Assembly (NCBI GenBank): GCA_036679645.1
Contig: JAZDCY010000014.1
Span: 224,001-288,000, forward strand
Origin: Gemmatimonadota bacterium
Lineage (GTDB): Bacteria > Gemmatimonadota > Gemmatimonadetes > Gemmatimonadales > GWC2-71-9
DNA length: 64,000 nt
Direction: 5' to 3'
Below the pieces are notes generated by a model. That model worked only from the letters and a program-made list of their open reading frames with translations. It was not told the origin of the DNA and searched no databases. Numbering within the stretch: the first letter of the stretch is position 1; the number at the start of each line of letters is the position of its first letter. The translations under genes and the position numbers were made by a program. Positions 18,405 to 28,151 of this stretch are shown piece by piece.

Positions 18405-21044
18405 ATGAACGCAACGCATCTCACCGCTGGTTTGCTTCTTGTTGCGATTGCCACGCCGGCCGCCGCACAGCAACAGAGTCTTTCCAACGTCAGGACACCG
18501 AGCGCCACGACCGCTGTCGCTGTTCGCATACGTGCCGACGTTCCCAAGCTCGACGGACGGATGGACGAGGCCGTGTGGCAGAGTGCGTTGCCCTTCTCCG
18601 ATTTCACCCAGCGCGACCCCGACGAAGGGGAACCGGGGACGGAGCGAACCGAGGTTCGTATCCTTTATACTGACGCCGCGCTCTACTTCGGCATCCGCGC
18701 GTTCGACTCGGAGCCCGATGGAGTTCAGGCACAGCTCACACGGCGTGATGAGCACTCGCCGTCGGACTGGATCCAGATCGCCATCGACTCGTATCTCGAT
18801 CGACGCACCGCATTCGTATTCGCCGTTAACCCGGCGGGTGTGAAACGTGACATCTACTTCTACAACGACAACAATCAGGACCGGACGTGGGACGCGGTAT
18901 GGGATGTTGCGGTAGAGCGCGACGGCGAGGGCTGGGGCGCGGAGTTTCGTATTCCCTTTAGTCAGCTCCGGTTCTCCGAGTCCGAGTCACAGACATTCGG
19001 CCTCCAGGTCACGCGGACGATCAATCGGAAGAACGAGGTGCAGCACTGGCGTCTCATGCCGAAGACGGAATCGGGCGTCGTGTCGCGCTTTGGCGATCTG
19101 GTCGGGATCGACGGCGTATCTCCGCCGCGTCGTCTCGAGATCATGCCATACGTAGTGGCACGGCAGGACGTGAACGCCGGTGTCAGTGGCAATCCGTTCC
19201 AGTCGGGGCACGATAGGGTCGGGACGATGGGTGCCGACATCATTTACGGTATATCCTCGAACCTCACGCTCACCGCAACGATCAACCCCGACTTCGGGCA
19301 GGTTGAGGCGGATCCGGCGGTTGTGAACCTGTCGGCCTTTGAGACGTTCTTCCCCGAGCGCCGTCCCTTCTTCCTGGAAGGTGTGGACATCTTCCAGTTC
19401 CCGGGCAACGGCCAGAATTCGCTCTTTTACACACGTCGTATTGGGCGGCGCCCGCAGGGAAGCGCCGATCCGCGCAACGGCTTTGCACAGTCGATCTTCA
19501 ACACGACCATCCTGGGTGCCGCGAAACTCACGGGCAAGACCCAGAGTGGGTGGACCATCGGCCTCCTTGGGGCACAGACGGCACGAGAGACCGCCGACAT
19601 CCTGGGCGGGGACGGGCTCGACTACAGAGACGTCGTGGAGCCGGCGACGACCTATCTCGTGGGCCGTCTGCAGCGCGATCTGCGCGGTGGACAGACGGTG
19701 TTCAGCCTGTTCGGTACCGGCACGATCCGAAATCTACCGGACGAGGGGAACCTCGATTTCCTGCGTAGCCGCGCGTTCTCGTTCGCGGGCAGTTGGGAGC
19801 ACCGGTTCCGCAACGACACGTACTCGATTCGTGGCTGGGCTGGGGTCACCAACATCAGCGGCTCTGAGCTGTCGATCGAGTTGGCCCAACGCTCGTCGGC
19901 CCGCTATTTCCAGCGCCCGGACAACGACTACACGACATTCGACCCCACCCGGACCAGCCTCAACGGCTTTGGTGGTGAGATGACGTTCCAGAAGCACGGC
20001 GGCGGGAACTGGCGCTTTGCCACAGGGGTCGAGACCCGCTCGCCAGGATTCGAAGTGAACGACATCGGTTTCCAGAACAACGTAGACTGGATCTCGCAGT
20101 GGGCCTGGGTGCAGCGCCGTTGGGTGCAGCCGGGCAAGGTCTTTCGCCGGTTCATCGTCAACTTCAACCAGTGGTCTAATTACACGTATGGATGGGATCG
20201 CACCAATATCGGCGGTAACCTCAACACGAACTGGACCTTCCTCAACTACTGGGGTGGGTTCGGTGGTGTGAACTACCAGACCGGCGGTCTGGGAACAGGC
20301 GCCCTCCGCGGCGGTCCCGCGTTTATTCGCCCACCGAGTATAAACGGGTGGGCCGGCTTCAGCAGCGACGGGCGCAAGAAGGTTCAGATGTCGGCCGGAG
20401 GGTGGTACTTCCGGCAGTTCGCTGAAGAGACCAAGTCAGGCGGCGTCTGGATGGACATGACGGTCCGGCCGGCTGGGAACCTGAACCTCACATTCTCGCC
20501 CAACGTGAACTGGACCCGCGACGACTGGCAGTACCTCAGCACGCAGGAGGCGCTGGGCGAGACGCATTACCTCTTTGGCGACCTGTCACAGACGACAGTG
20601 GGCACACAGTTCCGTGGGAACGTGACGTTCACGCCTACGCTCTCGCTGCAGCTCTACGCCGAGCCGTTCGTGTCGTCGGGTCGGTACCTCGAGTACAAGC
20701 AGGTGGCCGACCCGCGGGCCGAGTTATACGCGGACCGCTTCGACAAGTTCAACGACGACCGCCTGATCGTCGATGGCGCGGATGTGTCCGTCGATCTCGA
20801 CCAGGACGGCACTGCTGACCTCGACATCGGGAACCCGGACTTCACCTTCGTGCAGTTCCGATCGAATGCCGTGCTGCGCTGGGAGTACCGCTCGGGATCG
20901 TCACTCTTCGTGGTGTGGCAGCACGGGCGCAGCGGATTCAACCGCGACGGTCGGTTCGACTTCTCACAGGGTGTCGGTGACCTGTTCCGGCAGCCGGGCG
21001 AGAACACGTTCGTGGTGAAGCTGAACTACTGGTTCTCACTGTAG
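18405..21044 (+). CDS. DUF5916 / CBM9-like secreted or outer-membrane protein
   Basis: Signal peptide; LDG..DEAVW; AEFRIPFSQLRF; NPDFGQVEADP; ERRPFF; FRSN.VLRWEY..GS; ends KLNYWFSL. Confidence 0.85.
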   Translation: MNATHLTAGLLLVAIATPAAAQQQSLSNVRTPSATTAVAVRIRADVPKLDGRMDEAVWQSALPFSDFTQRDPDEGEPGTERTEVRILYTDAALYFGIRAFDSEPDGVQAQLTRRDEHSPSDWIQIAIDSYLDRRTAFVFAVNPAGVKRDIYFYNDNNQDRTWDAVWDVAVERDGEGWGAEFRIPFSQLRFSESESQTFGLQVTRTINRKNEVQHWRLMPKTESGVVSRFGDLVGIDGVSPPRRLEIMPYVVARQDVNAGVSGNPFQSGHDRVGTMGADIIYGISSNLTLTATINPDFGQVEADPAVVNLSAFETFFPERRPFFLEGVDIFQFPGNGQNSLFYTRRIGRRPQGSADPRNGFAQSIFNTTILGAAKLTGKTQSGWTIGLLGAQTARETADILGGDGLDYRDVVEPATTYLVGRLQRDLRGGQTVFSLFGTGTIRNLPDEGNLDFLRSRAFSFAGSWEHRFRNDTYSIRGWAGVTNISGSELSIELAQRSSARYFQRPDNDYTTFDPTRTSLNGFGGEMTFQKHGGGNWRFATGVETRSPGFEVNDIGFQNNVDWISQWAWVQRRWVQPGKVFRRFIVNFNQWSNYTYGWDRTNIGGNLNTNWTFLNYWGGFGGVNYQTGGLGTGALRGGPAFIRPPSINGWAGFSSDGRKKVQMSAGGWYFRQFAEETKSGGVWMDMTVRPAGNLNLTFSPNVNWTRDDWQYLSTQEALGETHYLFGDLSQTTVGTQFRGNVTFTPTLSLQLYAEPFVSSGRYLEYKQVADPRAELYADRFDKFNDDRLIVDGADVSVDLDQDGTADLDIGNPDFTFVQFRSNAVLRWEYRSGSSLFVVWQHGRSGFNRDGRFDFSQGVGDLFRQPGENTFVVKLNYWFSL

Positions 21045-21117
21045 ACGGAAGGGCGGACAGGCGGAAGGGCGGAATGAACACCTTCCGCACTTCCGCACTT
21101 CCGCCCTTATTCCGCCC
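21045..21117. repeat. Inverted short-unit (~8 bp) intergenic repeats
   Basis: GGCGGAAG-like units followed by CTTCCGCA-like units form an imperfect hairpin. Confidence 0.55.
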
Positions 21118-21705
21118 ATGCTCGACAGCATCGCGAACTTGATCGAGGCCTCGGGGCCGCTGGTCTACATCCTGGCCCCGCTGTTCATGGTCTTCGTCGC
21201 GATCCTGCCGCTCCCGGCGGAGGTCCCGGCGATGGTCAACGGCATGGTGTTCGGTCCGGCGCTGGGAACGGTGATGACGTGGGGCGGTGCCATGATCGGC
21301 GCTGCCGTGAGCTTCGAGCTCGCGCGACGCTATGGGCGGCCGCTCGCGCAACGGGTTCTCCCGGGAGATGCACTCGGCAAGGCCGACCGGTTCGTCGTCG
21401 CCACCGGATGGGGCGGGCTGTTGACCGCGCGCCTGATTCCCGCAATTGCGTTCACCGCGTTGAATTGGGGACTCGGTCTCTCAGGCGTGCCGCGCCGGAC
21501 GTTCTTATGGACCACCGCGGTCGGGATTCTGCCCGGAGCCATTGTCTTCACCGCGACGGGGACCGGATTGGGAGCGCTGTACCGCGCCCACCCGTCTGTG
21601 GCCTATGGGCTCGTTGCGGCGGCGCTAGTGGTGTTCGTGTGGGCGGGGGTGCGGTACTGGCGCAACCGGGAGGCTAATCCCTCGCGAGCGGAGCCGGCTC
21701 CCTAG
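21118..21705 (+). CDS. TVP38/TMEM64 (VTT/DedA) membrane protein
   Basis: PLPAE...NGMVFG; F.LAR.YGR; RLIP.IAF..LN; F.WTT.VG.LPG. Confidence 0.85.
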   Translation: MLDSIANLIEASGPLVYILAPLFMVFVAILPLPAEVPAMVNGMVFGPALGTVMTWGGAMIGAAVSFELARRYGRPLAQRVLPGDALGKADRFVVATGWGGLLTARLIPAIAFTALNWGLGLSGVPRRTFLWTTAVGILPGAIVFTATGTGLGALYRAHPSVAYGLVAAALVVFVWAGVRYWRNREANPSRAEPAP

Positions 21706-22556
21706 CTACCGTTCTCCAAGGCCACCCTCATCTCGTTGGCCGACTCCCACCGTTCCTCGCGTACCTTCCTCAGCGCCTTGCCGATCCCTTCGGCGAGCAC
21801 GGGCGGCGTGTCCTTCCGGAACTCGCGTACGTCGGGCGCCTCCTCCGTTTGCTGCAGTCGCAGCACCGTCTCTTCGCGCTGGTGGACGAATGGCGGGCGT
21901 CCGGCAAGGCACTCGAACAGCACACACCCCATGGAGTACACGTCGGTTCGGTAGTCGATGTCCTCGGCCCCGGCAACCTGCTCGGGACTCATGTACGCTG
22001 ACGTCCCAACGGTGAAGCCCGACCGCGTGAGGCGCGTCGATCCCGCGGCCGCGATCGCCTTGGCAATGCCGAAGTCGAGCAGCATGGCCCCGTTCGCGCT
22101 CAGCACGATATTCTCAGGCTTGACGTCGCGATGCATGATACTGTTGGCGTGCGCATACCCCAGTGCGGCGAGCATGTCACTGGCAATACGACACGTGTCC
22201 GACACCGACGCGCGCCGTACCCGATCGAGGTGCTGACGTATGTTCGGCCCCTCAATAAAATCCATCACATAATAGATGAAATACTCCGCTTCGCCCGAGT
22301 CGAGCACCCGTGCAATCTGTGGGTGATCGAGTTCCCGCAGCATCTGTACCTCGCGCTGGAACCGATCTGCAGTGACCGTCACCGCCAACTCGGGATGGAG
22401 CACCTTGACCGCCTTGGGCTCACCGTTCGGGTCACGCGCAAAGAACACCCGCGACGCCCCACCGCGCGCAATCAGACGCTCGACCTTGTAACGGCCTTCG
22501 AGCGCCTCCTGAATCAGCGGGAGCAACTCACGACGGGCGATGGTACACCTCCGCAA
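21702..22556 (-). CDS. Stand-alone cytoplasmic Ser/Thr protein kinase (last gene of the peptide-export operon)
   Basis: ARGGASRVF, AVKVL, HRDVKPEN, DFG, YMSPE, D.YSMG; no TM or sensor domain. Start is TTG at 22556 or ATC at 22541. Confidence 0.88.
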   Translation of the reverse strand: MRRCTIARRELLPLIQEALEGRYKVERLIARGGASRVFFARDPNGEPKAVKVLHPELAVTVTADRFQREVQMLRELDHPQIARVLDSGEAEYFIYYVMDFIEGPNIRQHLDRVRRASVSDTCRIASDMLAALGYAHANSIMHRDVKPENIVLSANGAMLLDFGIAKAIAAAGSTRLTRSGFTVGTSAYMSPEQVAGAEDIDYRTDVYSMGCVLFECLAGRPPFVHQREETVLRLQQTEEAPDVREFRKDTPPVLAEGIGKALRKVREERWESANEMRVALENGS

Positions 22557-22577
22557 TGAAAAGCCGTGGCATGACCG

Positions 22578-24638
22578 TCACAGCAGCAAGTCGTTCCGAA
22601 TCCGCTTCCGCACCGCCCACCACATGGCGAGGAGAACGCTGGTTTGCCGCACGACGATCTTTGCCTCGCCGGTGACGCCCGGATACAGTCCGTCAAGACC
22701 ACTGGGCACGCGGATCCGCGCCTCGAGCGCATCGCTGGAATCGGCCGCCGGCGCGACGGAGTGCACCGGGGCCTCAACCGCGCGCCGCGGTGTCGCGTAT
22801 GGCAGCAGCGACGCACGCTGCCCCGCCGCCACGAGCGTTGCCCCGGCCCGGTCGAGCGTCACGCGTAACTCCAAAGAATCGAGCACGCTGACGGACGCCA
22901 CCGTTTCCCCGGCCTCGAACGCCCGCCCAACTCGCTCGCGGAGCCGCCGCGTCACCAACACACCGCTCACCGGCGCGCGCAGGGTGAGCCGCCGCACCCG
23001 CTCGCGCGCCCCGAGCAGCCGGGCGGCCGCTTCGTCCCGCGCCAATTCCGCTTGGCGGAGCGCGGCATCAAGCCCGAGCGCTCGCGCGCGCAGCGCCGAC
23101 ACACCCAGCGAATCGACGACGCGCTCGAGCGACACAACCTCGCGTTCCAGTGTGAAGTTACGCAACCGCACCACCACCGCTCCGGCATCGACCGAGTCGC
23201 CTTCGCCAGCATAGATCTCCGTAAGCACACCAGCATCGGGCGACGTTAGCGGCGCCTCGAAAACTGGTGCTGCAACGAACCTGCCCTTCACGAGCAGCGG
23301 CCATGGGACTAGTACCGACATGACGAGGAGCACGACCGCGAGCCCAGCCACGGAACCGACTACGCGCCCCCTCAAGAGACGAGCACGATGCTCACGGAGC
23401 GATGTGGCGACAGCGCGTGCCCACTCGCGGATCGTGGTGCGCAACATTACCCAGAGAAGCAGCACGAAGCCCAGCACGCCGACCACACCGAAGGCCCGGC
23501 TGGCCCATCCCATTACCACCGTCGCCACGAGGCCGAGGATGGCAAAGATGTAAGCGATCGCCAGAACACCATACGTCACCAGCGCACGGCGTTCGCGAAG
23601 ATCCGCAACAGGGGGCTCGGGCACGTTGAGCCGAATCACATGGCGCCGGATGAGCCATGTGACGTGCGCCAGCGCCCGCTGCCGCAGGTTGGGGATCTCC
23701 AGGTAGTCACTGAGGGCGTAGTACCCGTCGAGCGGTATCAGCGGGTTTGCATTCGCGATCACCGTCGTCGCACCCCCGACCAGGACCGCAAAGAACGCCA
23801 CACGGGAGATCACACTCGACGGATCCACGATGACCCACACGATGGCGGCGATTCCCGCCACCACGAGTTGAATCCACGAGCCTGCCGCCGTGACCCAGAG
23901 CCGCTGCGAGAGTTTCGAGAAGGTCCATGCATCGTTGACGTTGCAGTAGAACGCCGGCTGGAAGTACAGCAGCATTGCGCCCAACTCGTGTACCTGTCCG
24001 CCAAAGTACTTGCACGTAACGCCATGTCCGAGTTCGTGTATGATGATGACGACCATCGCCGTCCCCCAGAAGAGGACGATGTTCTGGAGCGTGTAAAACT
24101 CGACCGAGTACATCGCCGTAATGCCATTGGCGATGTCCCCCCACCGCAGCACGAAAACGCCGAGGTATACGGCGAAGAGCGCAAGCGAGATACCAATAAA
24201 CGTCCGCGTGAAGAACAGCCGCAACACCGGCATCCAGCGGTCGAACAACTCGTCGGGATCACCCGCCGACCACCGCATGCGGAGCAGGCTCCCCTCGTAG
24301 TGCGTGCCCTTTACGCGCCGATGCCGTTCCGCACGCATTCGTTCCATGAGCAGCGTGGATTTCTCGCCGAGTGTGCGCTCGAACAACTCCATCTTGGAGA
24401 GCCGACCGGCGAACTTCTGTAGCTTCGCCTCGCTTAGCGGAAGCCCCTGCTCCGCCAACCCGGCGGCGAGTTGAGCGAACGTGTGCTCTCCTGTGAACTG
24501 CTGCATGATGAGGACTTCGAGTGGCTTGAAACGAAAGTACTTGTGGGTCTCCGGGTCCTTGACGATATACGTCTGCTCGCCCCGGTACTGCTGCACGACG
24601 ATAATCAGATCGTCGCGAAGTTTGGGTCGTCCCCTCAA
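22578..24638 (-). CDS. PqqD/RRE-like domain + M50 intramembrane Zn peptidase + HlyD-like adaptor fusion
   Basis: N-terminal YIVKDPETHKYFRF...L winged-helix pattern; HELGH; NANPLIPLDGY (NxxPxxxxDG); C-terminal GDSV.AG lipoyl-like half, LRAPVSG, LYPGVTG. Confidence 0.85.
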   Translation of the reverse strand: MRGRPKLRDDLIIVVQQYRGEQTYIVKDPETHKYFRFKPLEVLIMQQFTGEHTFAQLAAGLAEQGLPLSEAKLQKFAGRLSKMELFERTLGEKSTLLMERMRAERHRRVKGTHYEGSLLRMRWSAGDPDELFDRWMPVLRLFFTRTFIGISLALFAVYLGVFVLRWGDIANGITAMYSVEFYTLQNIVLFWGTAMVVIIIHELGHGVTCKYFGGQVHELGAMLLYFQPAFYCNVNDAWTFSKLSQRLWVTAAGSWIQLVVAGIAAIVWVIVDPSSVISRVAFFAVLVGGATTVIANANPLIPLDGYYALSDYLEIPNLRQRALAHVTWLIRRHVIRLNVPEPPVADLRERRALVTYGVLAIAYIFAILGLVATVVMGWASRAFGVVGVLGFVLLLWVMLRTTIREWARAVATSLREHRARLLRGRVVGSVAGLAVVLLVMSVLVPWPLLVKGRFVAAPVFEAPLTSPDAGVLTEIYAGEGDSVDAGAVVVRLRNFTLEREVVSLERVVDSLGVSALRARALGLDAALRQAELARDEAAARLLGARERVRRLTLRAPVSGVLVTRRLRERVGRAFEAGETVASVSVLDSLELRVTLDRAGATLVAAGQRASLLPYATPRRAVEAPVHSVAPAADSSDALEARIRVPSGLDGLYPGVTGEAKIVVRQTSVLLAMWWAVRKRIRNDLLL

Positions 24639-25597
24639 TGCGCCACCGGCGCCAGCCGTTCGCCGGCGGCGAGCCCGCGCACCACCTCGACACGCCCATC
24701 CTCGAGCGTCGCGCCCAACGTGACACTGCGCAGCGAGGTCCGCCCGCCCGCCCAGACGAGGACATAGCCCTCCTCCGCAACGACCCCAGCGGGGACGACG
24801 AGGATCTGGCGCCTGGTAGCGGCAAGACGCACACGGACACTGGCCCCCGGCTCTAGAGGAGTACCCCGCGCGAGCTGCACGACGACCTCCCGCGTACCGC
24901 TCGACGGATCGATCGTCGGTGAGACGCGGTCGACCGTCGCCGGATGTTCACTCCCATCCAACGAGACGACGGTAACCTCGGTCCCCCGTTCGATCGTGCT
25001 CGCACCTTCCGGGAGCTGCACCGATGCGCGCAGCGGTTGTAGCGCGCTGACCCGGAAGAGCGAGTCGAGCTCTTCCACCAGGCGTCCACGTCGCACGACG
25101 CGCGCGGTCACCACGCCGCTGAACGGCGCGATGGCGCGTGTCAGGTCGTAATTGCGCTGCGCCTGGCGGGTGCCAAGCTCCCACCGCCGATACTCCAGCT
25201 CGGCAAATTCGGAGTCGGCTACGGCTACGGCTCCCGTGCCCGCCAACTCGCGGAAGCGTTGAACCTGACGCTCTGCGTTGGCCAGGTTGGCCTGGGCGTC
25301 CGCGAGCGCAATCTCCTGATCGACGCTCTCGAGCCGGGCAAGTACCTGCCCTTCTCGCACGCGGTCGCCAATATCCACCAGCACTCGCTCGACGATGCCC
25401 ATGGATCGCGCGTACACGTACGCGTCGTGCTCCACATACAGTTGCGTCGGCAACTCGAGCGGCAGATCGACAGTGGCCGTGTCCACCACGATGACCGGTG
25501 CCGCCGCCACGGATGGCTCGGGGGTCTCCGGCACGGCGTCACCGCCGCACCCGCTGGTGATCCACGCCATCGCCGTCGCCGTCGCATACCATCTCAT
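24635..25597 (-). CDS. Periplasmic adaptor (MFP/RND-type) lipoprotein
   Basis: Lipobox TSGC; VDIGDRVREGQVLA; APFSGVV; SPTIDPSSGT; GL.AGE; ATGA overlap with the upstream gene. Confidence 0.88.
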   Translation of the reverse strand: MRWYATATAMAWITSGCGGDAVPETPEPSVAAAPVIVVDTATVDLPLELPTQLYVEHDAYVYARSMGIVERVLVDIGDRVREGQVLARLESVDQEIALADAQANLANAERQVQRFRELAGTGAVAVADSEFAELEYRRWELGTRQAQRNYDLTRAIAPFSGVVTARVVRRGRLVEELDSLFRVSALQPLRASVQLPEGASTIERGTEVTVVSLDGSEHPATVDRVSPTIDPSSGTREVVVQLARGTPLEPGASVRVRLAATRRQILVVPAGVVAEEGYVLVWAGGRTSLRSVTLGATLEDGRVEVVRGLAAGERLAPVAH

Positions 25598-27531
25598 GGA
25601 ACGAGCCTCCACCAGAGCAACCGCGCCCACCGTGTGGGCGCTCGCAGTAGCCGGCTGAGCACCGAAGTCGGTGCGGTTAGCACCTTGGCGTGCGCTGCCA
25701 TGCCGGGTCGCAGGACGCCCTCGTCATTGGGAACGAGACCTCGGATAACGAAATACACCTCCGACGTCGTCTCGACCGGCAGCGGCGGCACGAAGGTCAC
25801 GCGCCCCTCAAACGTCCGCTGCGGCAGTGCATCCACACGCAACCGAATGCGCTGGCCGACCTCGACCCGATTGATGTCTCGTTGCCGCACTCCCAGCTCC
25901 AACTCGAGCGAGTCGGTGCGACCAAGGGCAAGAACCGACTCACCGGCTTCGGGTCTGGTGCCGACCAGTTCCTCGGGTCGCGCCGTCAACACGACGCCAT
26001 CGACCGGCGCGCGTACCGTAGTCGCCGCAATCTCTTCGTCCAGCAGCGCCAGCTGCCGGCCCAGTGACACCACACGCGCGCGCTGGATGCGCTCCGCCGT
26101 TGCATCGTTGCGTGCGTCCGCTGCCGCCGCGCTACGTTCGGCAATCTGCAGCGTCGCGTCAGCCGCCTCCCGATCCGCCCGCAGCTCTACAGCACGCAGC
26201 AGGACGAGCGGGTCGCCCCGCGTGACCGCCTGTCCCTCGCGCACCAGGACCCGTTCGATCACGCCCGGGACGATGGGCCGTGCCTCGGAATAGGTCGCGG
26301 CGCGGAATGTGGGTGCGGCACCCGTCACCCGGAACGGCCAGCGAATGAGCGTGATCGCGGCGAGCGCGACGAGAGCGGTCACTGCGTAGACGGCCACGCG
26401 GCGGCGCGGCAGCGCCAGCAGTTTCCTCTTCTTCTCCGCGAGGGCGCCCAGCATGTCGACCAGCGGCACCTGGTTGTACAGCTCGGCGTTGCGCAGTGCC
26501 ACGGCCGTCTGGTTGGCGAGAATCGCCACCATCTCGCGCTGCGTGTCGGAAGCGAACGCCGGTCGCTTCGCCTCGAAGAGCAGCACACCCAGGGCACCTT
26601 CTTCATCGACCAGTGGGAGATACAACCCACTGCGGATCTCATCCGTTGCCAGTCCCTCACCCGCCGCGTTGACGAAGGCCCGTTCGTCGTCGGTCGAGAC
26701 CGCTTCCCGGTCCGCCAGGTAGAAAGGCTCGCCACGCCCCAGGACCCAACTGCCGCGGTCCTGGAGCCGCCGCACCCCCGCGTCCTTGGGATCGATTTCG
26801 TCCTTCCCGGCGATCGCGCGGATCTCGTACTTGGCCCGGTCCACCAGGCCGATGGCGCCGATCTCGAAATCCAGCGCACGGGTGGCGAGGTTCACCACCG
26901 ACGTCAGGATACGATCGAGGTCCAGTGTGGAGGTGACCTCCCGGCTGATCTCGAGCAACATCGCGAGATCGTGCGCGCGCTTTTCGGCGGTGTGCAACTG
27001 CGCGTTACGCAGCGCGACCGCGGCACTGCGGGCCAGGCCCTCGAGGAGCAACCGATCGCCCTCCTCGAAGATACCGGCCCCAGTCACCTTGTTGGTGACC
27101 TGAATGGAGCCGACCGTTTGGCCCCGGACCACCATTGGCGCTGCCAGCACGCCGGTCGTGATCATGGTGCTGGATCGGTCCACGCGGTCCTGGAAGCGAG
27201 GGTCCTGCATGGCGTCGGCCACGATCGTGCTGCGCTGCTTCCGGGCCACATCCCCCACAAAACCTTCCCCGATGGGAACCTCGCTGCCCACCAGCTTCTG
27301 GCTTGCCGCGCCCAGCGCCAACCGGCAGCGCAAGATCTCCCCTTCGGCAATCCAGATCGACCCGCCCTGCGCCCCCACCGCGTCGAGTACTCTGTTGAAG
27401 ACCGTGGGCAGCAACTCGTCGAAATCGAGCGAGGATGAGAACTCTTGAGATATGGAATGCAGAAGGCGGAGGCGGTCGACTTCACCCTGAAGCCCGTCGC
27501 CAGCACCTGGTTGCACCGGATCGTCGTTCAT
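25594..27531 (-). CDS. Tandem GAF domains + TM + HlyD-family adaptor fusion
   Basis: GAF1 (SSLDFDELL, GEGFVG.V, QVTNK, AVALRNA) and GAF2 (STLDLDRIL, ILANQTAVALRNA); one TM helix; VREGQ.V.RGD, RAPVDGVV, LRPGM. Confidence 0.88.
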   Translation of the reverse strand: MNDDPVQPGAGDGLQGEVDRLRLLHSISQEFSSSLDFDELLPTVFNRVLDAVGAQGGSIWIAEGEILRCRLALGAASQKLVGSEVPIGEGFVGDVARKQRSTIVADAMQDPRFQDRVDRSSTMITTGVLAAPMVVRGQTVGSIQVTNKVTGAGIFEEGDRLLLEGLARSAAVALRNAQLHTAEKRAHDLAMLLEISREVTSTLDLDRILTSVVNLATRALDFEIGAIGLVDRAKYEIRAIAGKDEIDPKDAGVRRLQDRGSWVLGRGEPFYLADREAVSTDDERAFVNAAGEGLATDEIRSGLYLPLVDEEGALGVLLFEAKRPAFASDTQREMVAILANQTAVALRNAELYNQVPLVDMLGALAEKKRKLLALPRRRVAVYAVTALVALAAITLIRWPFRVTGAAPTFRAATYSEARPIVPGVIERVLVREGQAVTRGDPLVLLRAVELRADREAADATLQIAERSAAAADARNDATAERIQRARVVSLGRQLALLDEEIAATTVRAPVDGVVLTARPEELVGTRPEAGESVLALGRTDSLELELGVRQRDINRVEVGQRIRLRVDALPQRTFEGRVTFVPPLPVETTSEVYFVIRGLVPNDEGVLRPGMAAHAKVLTAPTSVLSRLLRAPTRWARLLWWRLVP

Positions 27532-27554
27532 GCCAATGGGTTACCTCCGCGTAC

Positions 27555-27583
27555 AAGAGGCTCTCTCCGAGGCACGCTGTCAA
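27555..27583 (-). promoter_or_regulatory. Putative sigma70 promoter for the export operon
   Basis: TTGACA (27583-27578), 17 nt, then CCTCTT; SD GGAGG downstream. Confidence 0.45.
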
Positions 27584-27595
27584 GGCGGATGCGCC

Positions 27596-27638
27596 AAAAC
27601 GCGACGCGCCGGATCCCCACCCAGGAGATCCGGCGCGT
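27596..27638 (-). terminator. Terminator hairpin after precursor peptide C
   Basis: ACGCGCCGGATCTCC-loop-GGGGATCCGGCGCGT followed by CGCGTTTT. Confidence 0.7.
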
Positions 27639-27659
27639 GTCTGTGAAAAATCGGTGTTG

Positions 27660-27803
27660 CTACCCGAGGCGGAACGGGGCGATCCGCTCTTCCAGCTCTT
27701 CAGCGGTCAGCTCGAGGGCCTCGGCATCTTTGCCGGTGACTTTCTTGAGCTCCTCTTTCTGCTCATTGGTGAGCTCGATGCGGATTTTCTTCGCGTCGGA
27801 CAT
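27660..27803 (-). CDS. Precursor-like peptide C (47 aa; tail FRLG)
   Basis: MSDAKKIRIELTNEQKEELKKVTGKDAEALELTAEELEERIAPFRLG; SD AAGGAGG. Confidence 0.88.
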   Translation of the reverse strand: MSDAKKIRIELTNEQKEELKKVTGKDAEALELTAEELEERIAPFRLG

Positions 27804-27848
27804 TACTGCCTCCTTCGAAGGGTTGTGACGGATGAATCGAACGCCACA

Positions 27849-27901
27849 AAGATGGTTGGGAGTCGTGAAAACCCCGTGAATCTCCACCGGGGTATCGTGA
27901 A
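27849..27901 (-). promoter_or_regulatory. SARP-type repeat promoter 2
   Basis: TTCACG-N15-TTCACG-N5-TTCACG-N9-CATCTT (CGTGAA on + at 27864, 27875, 27896). Confidence 0.75.
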
Positions 27902-27916
27902 GGCCACAAGCGGCCC

Positions 27917-27955
27917 AACGAAAGGCGCCGGATCCCTGTCGGAGGACCCGGCGCC
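27917..27955 (-). terminator. Terminator hairpin after precursor peptide B
   Basis: GGCGCCGGGTCC-loop-GGATCCGGCGCC followed by TTTCGTT. Confidence 0.7.
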
Positions 27956-27980
27956 CCGGAGTTGGTGTCTCGATCCTTGG

Positions 27981-28136
27981 CTATATGCCGAGCCCCGGGC
28001 CGCGCATGGGTGCGATGCGCTCTTCCAACTCTTCGACGGACAGCTCGATGGCCTCGGCATCTTTGCCAGTGGCCTCGCGCACGGCTTTCTTCTGCTCGTC
28101 CGTCAGGCTGATCTTGAAGCTGGGATTGGTCGTCAT
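27981..28136 (-). CDS. Precursor-like peptide B (51 aa; tail MRGPGLGI), absent from the ORF track
   Basis: My translation: MTTNPSFKISLTDEQKKAVREATGKDAEAIELSVEELEERIAPMRGPGLGI*; SD GGGAG upstream. Confidence 0.88.
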   Translation of the reverse strand: MTTNPSFKISLTDEQKKAVREATGKDAEAIELSVEELEERIAPMRGPGLGI

Positions 28137-28151
28137 GGTAACAGTCTCCCC

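Noticed and set aside
27660..27680. FRLG as an amidated neuropeptide mimic
   Set aside because: Four residues are too few to support this, and no amidating enzyme is evident.
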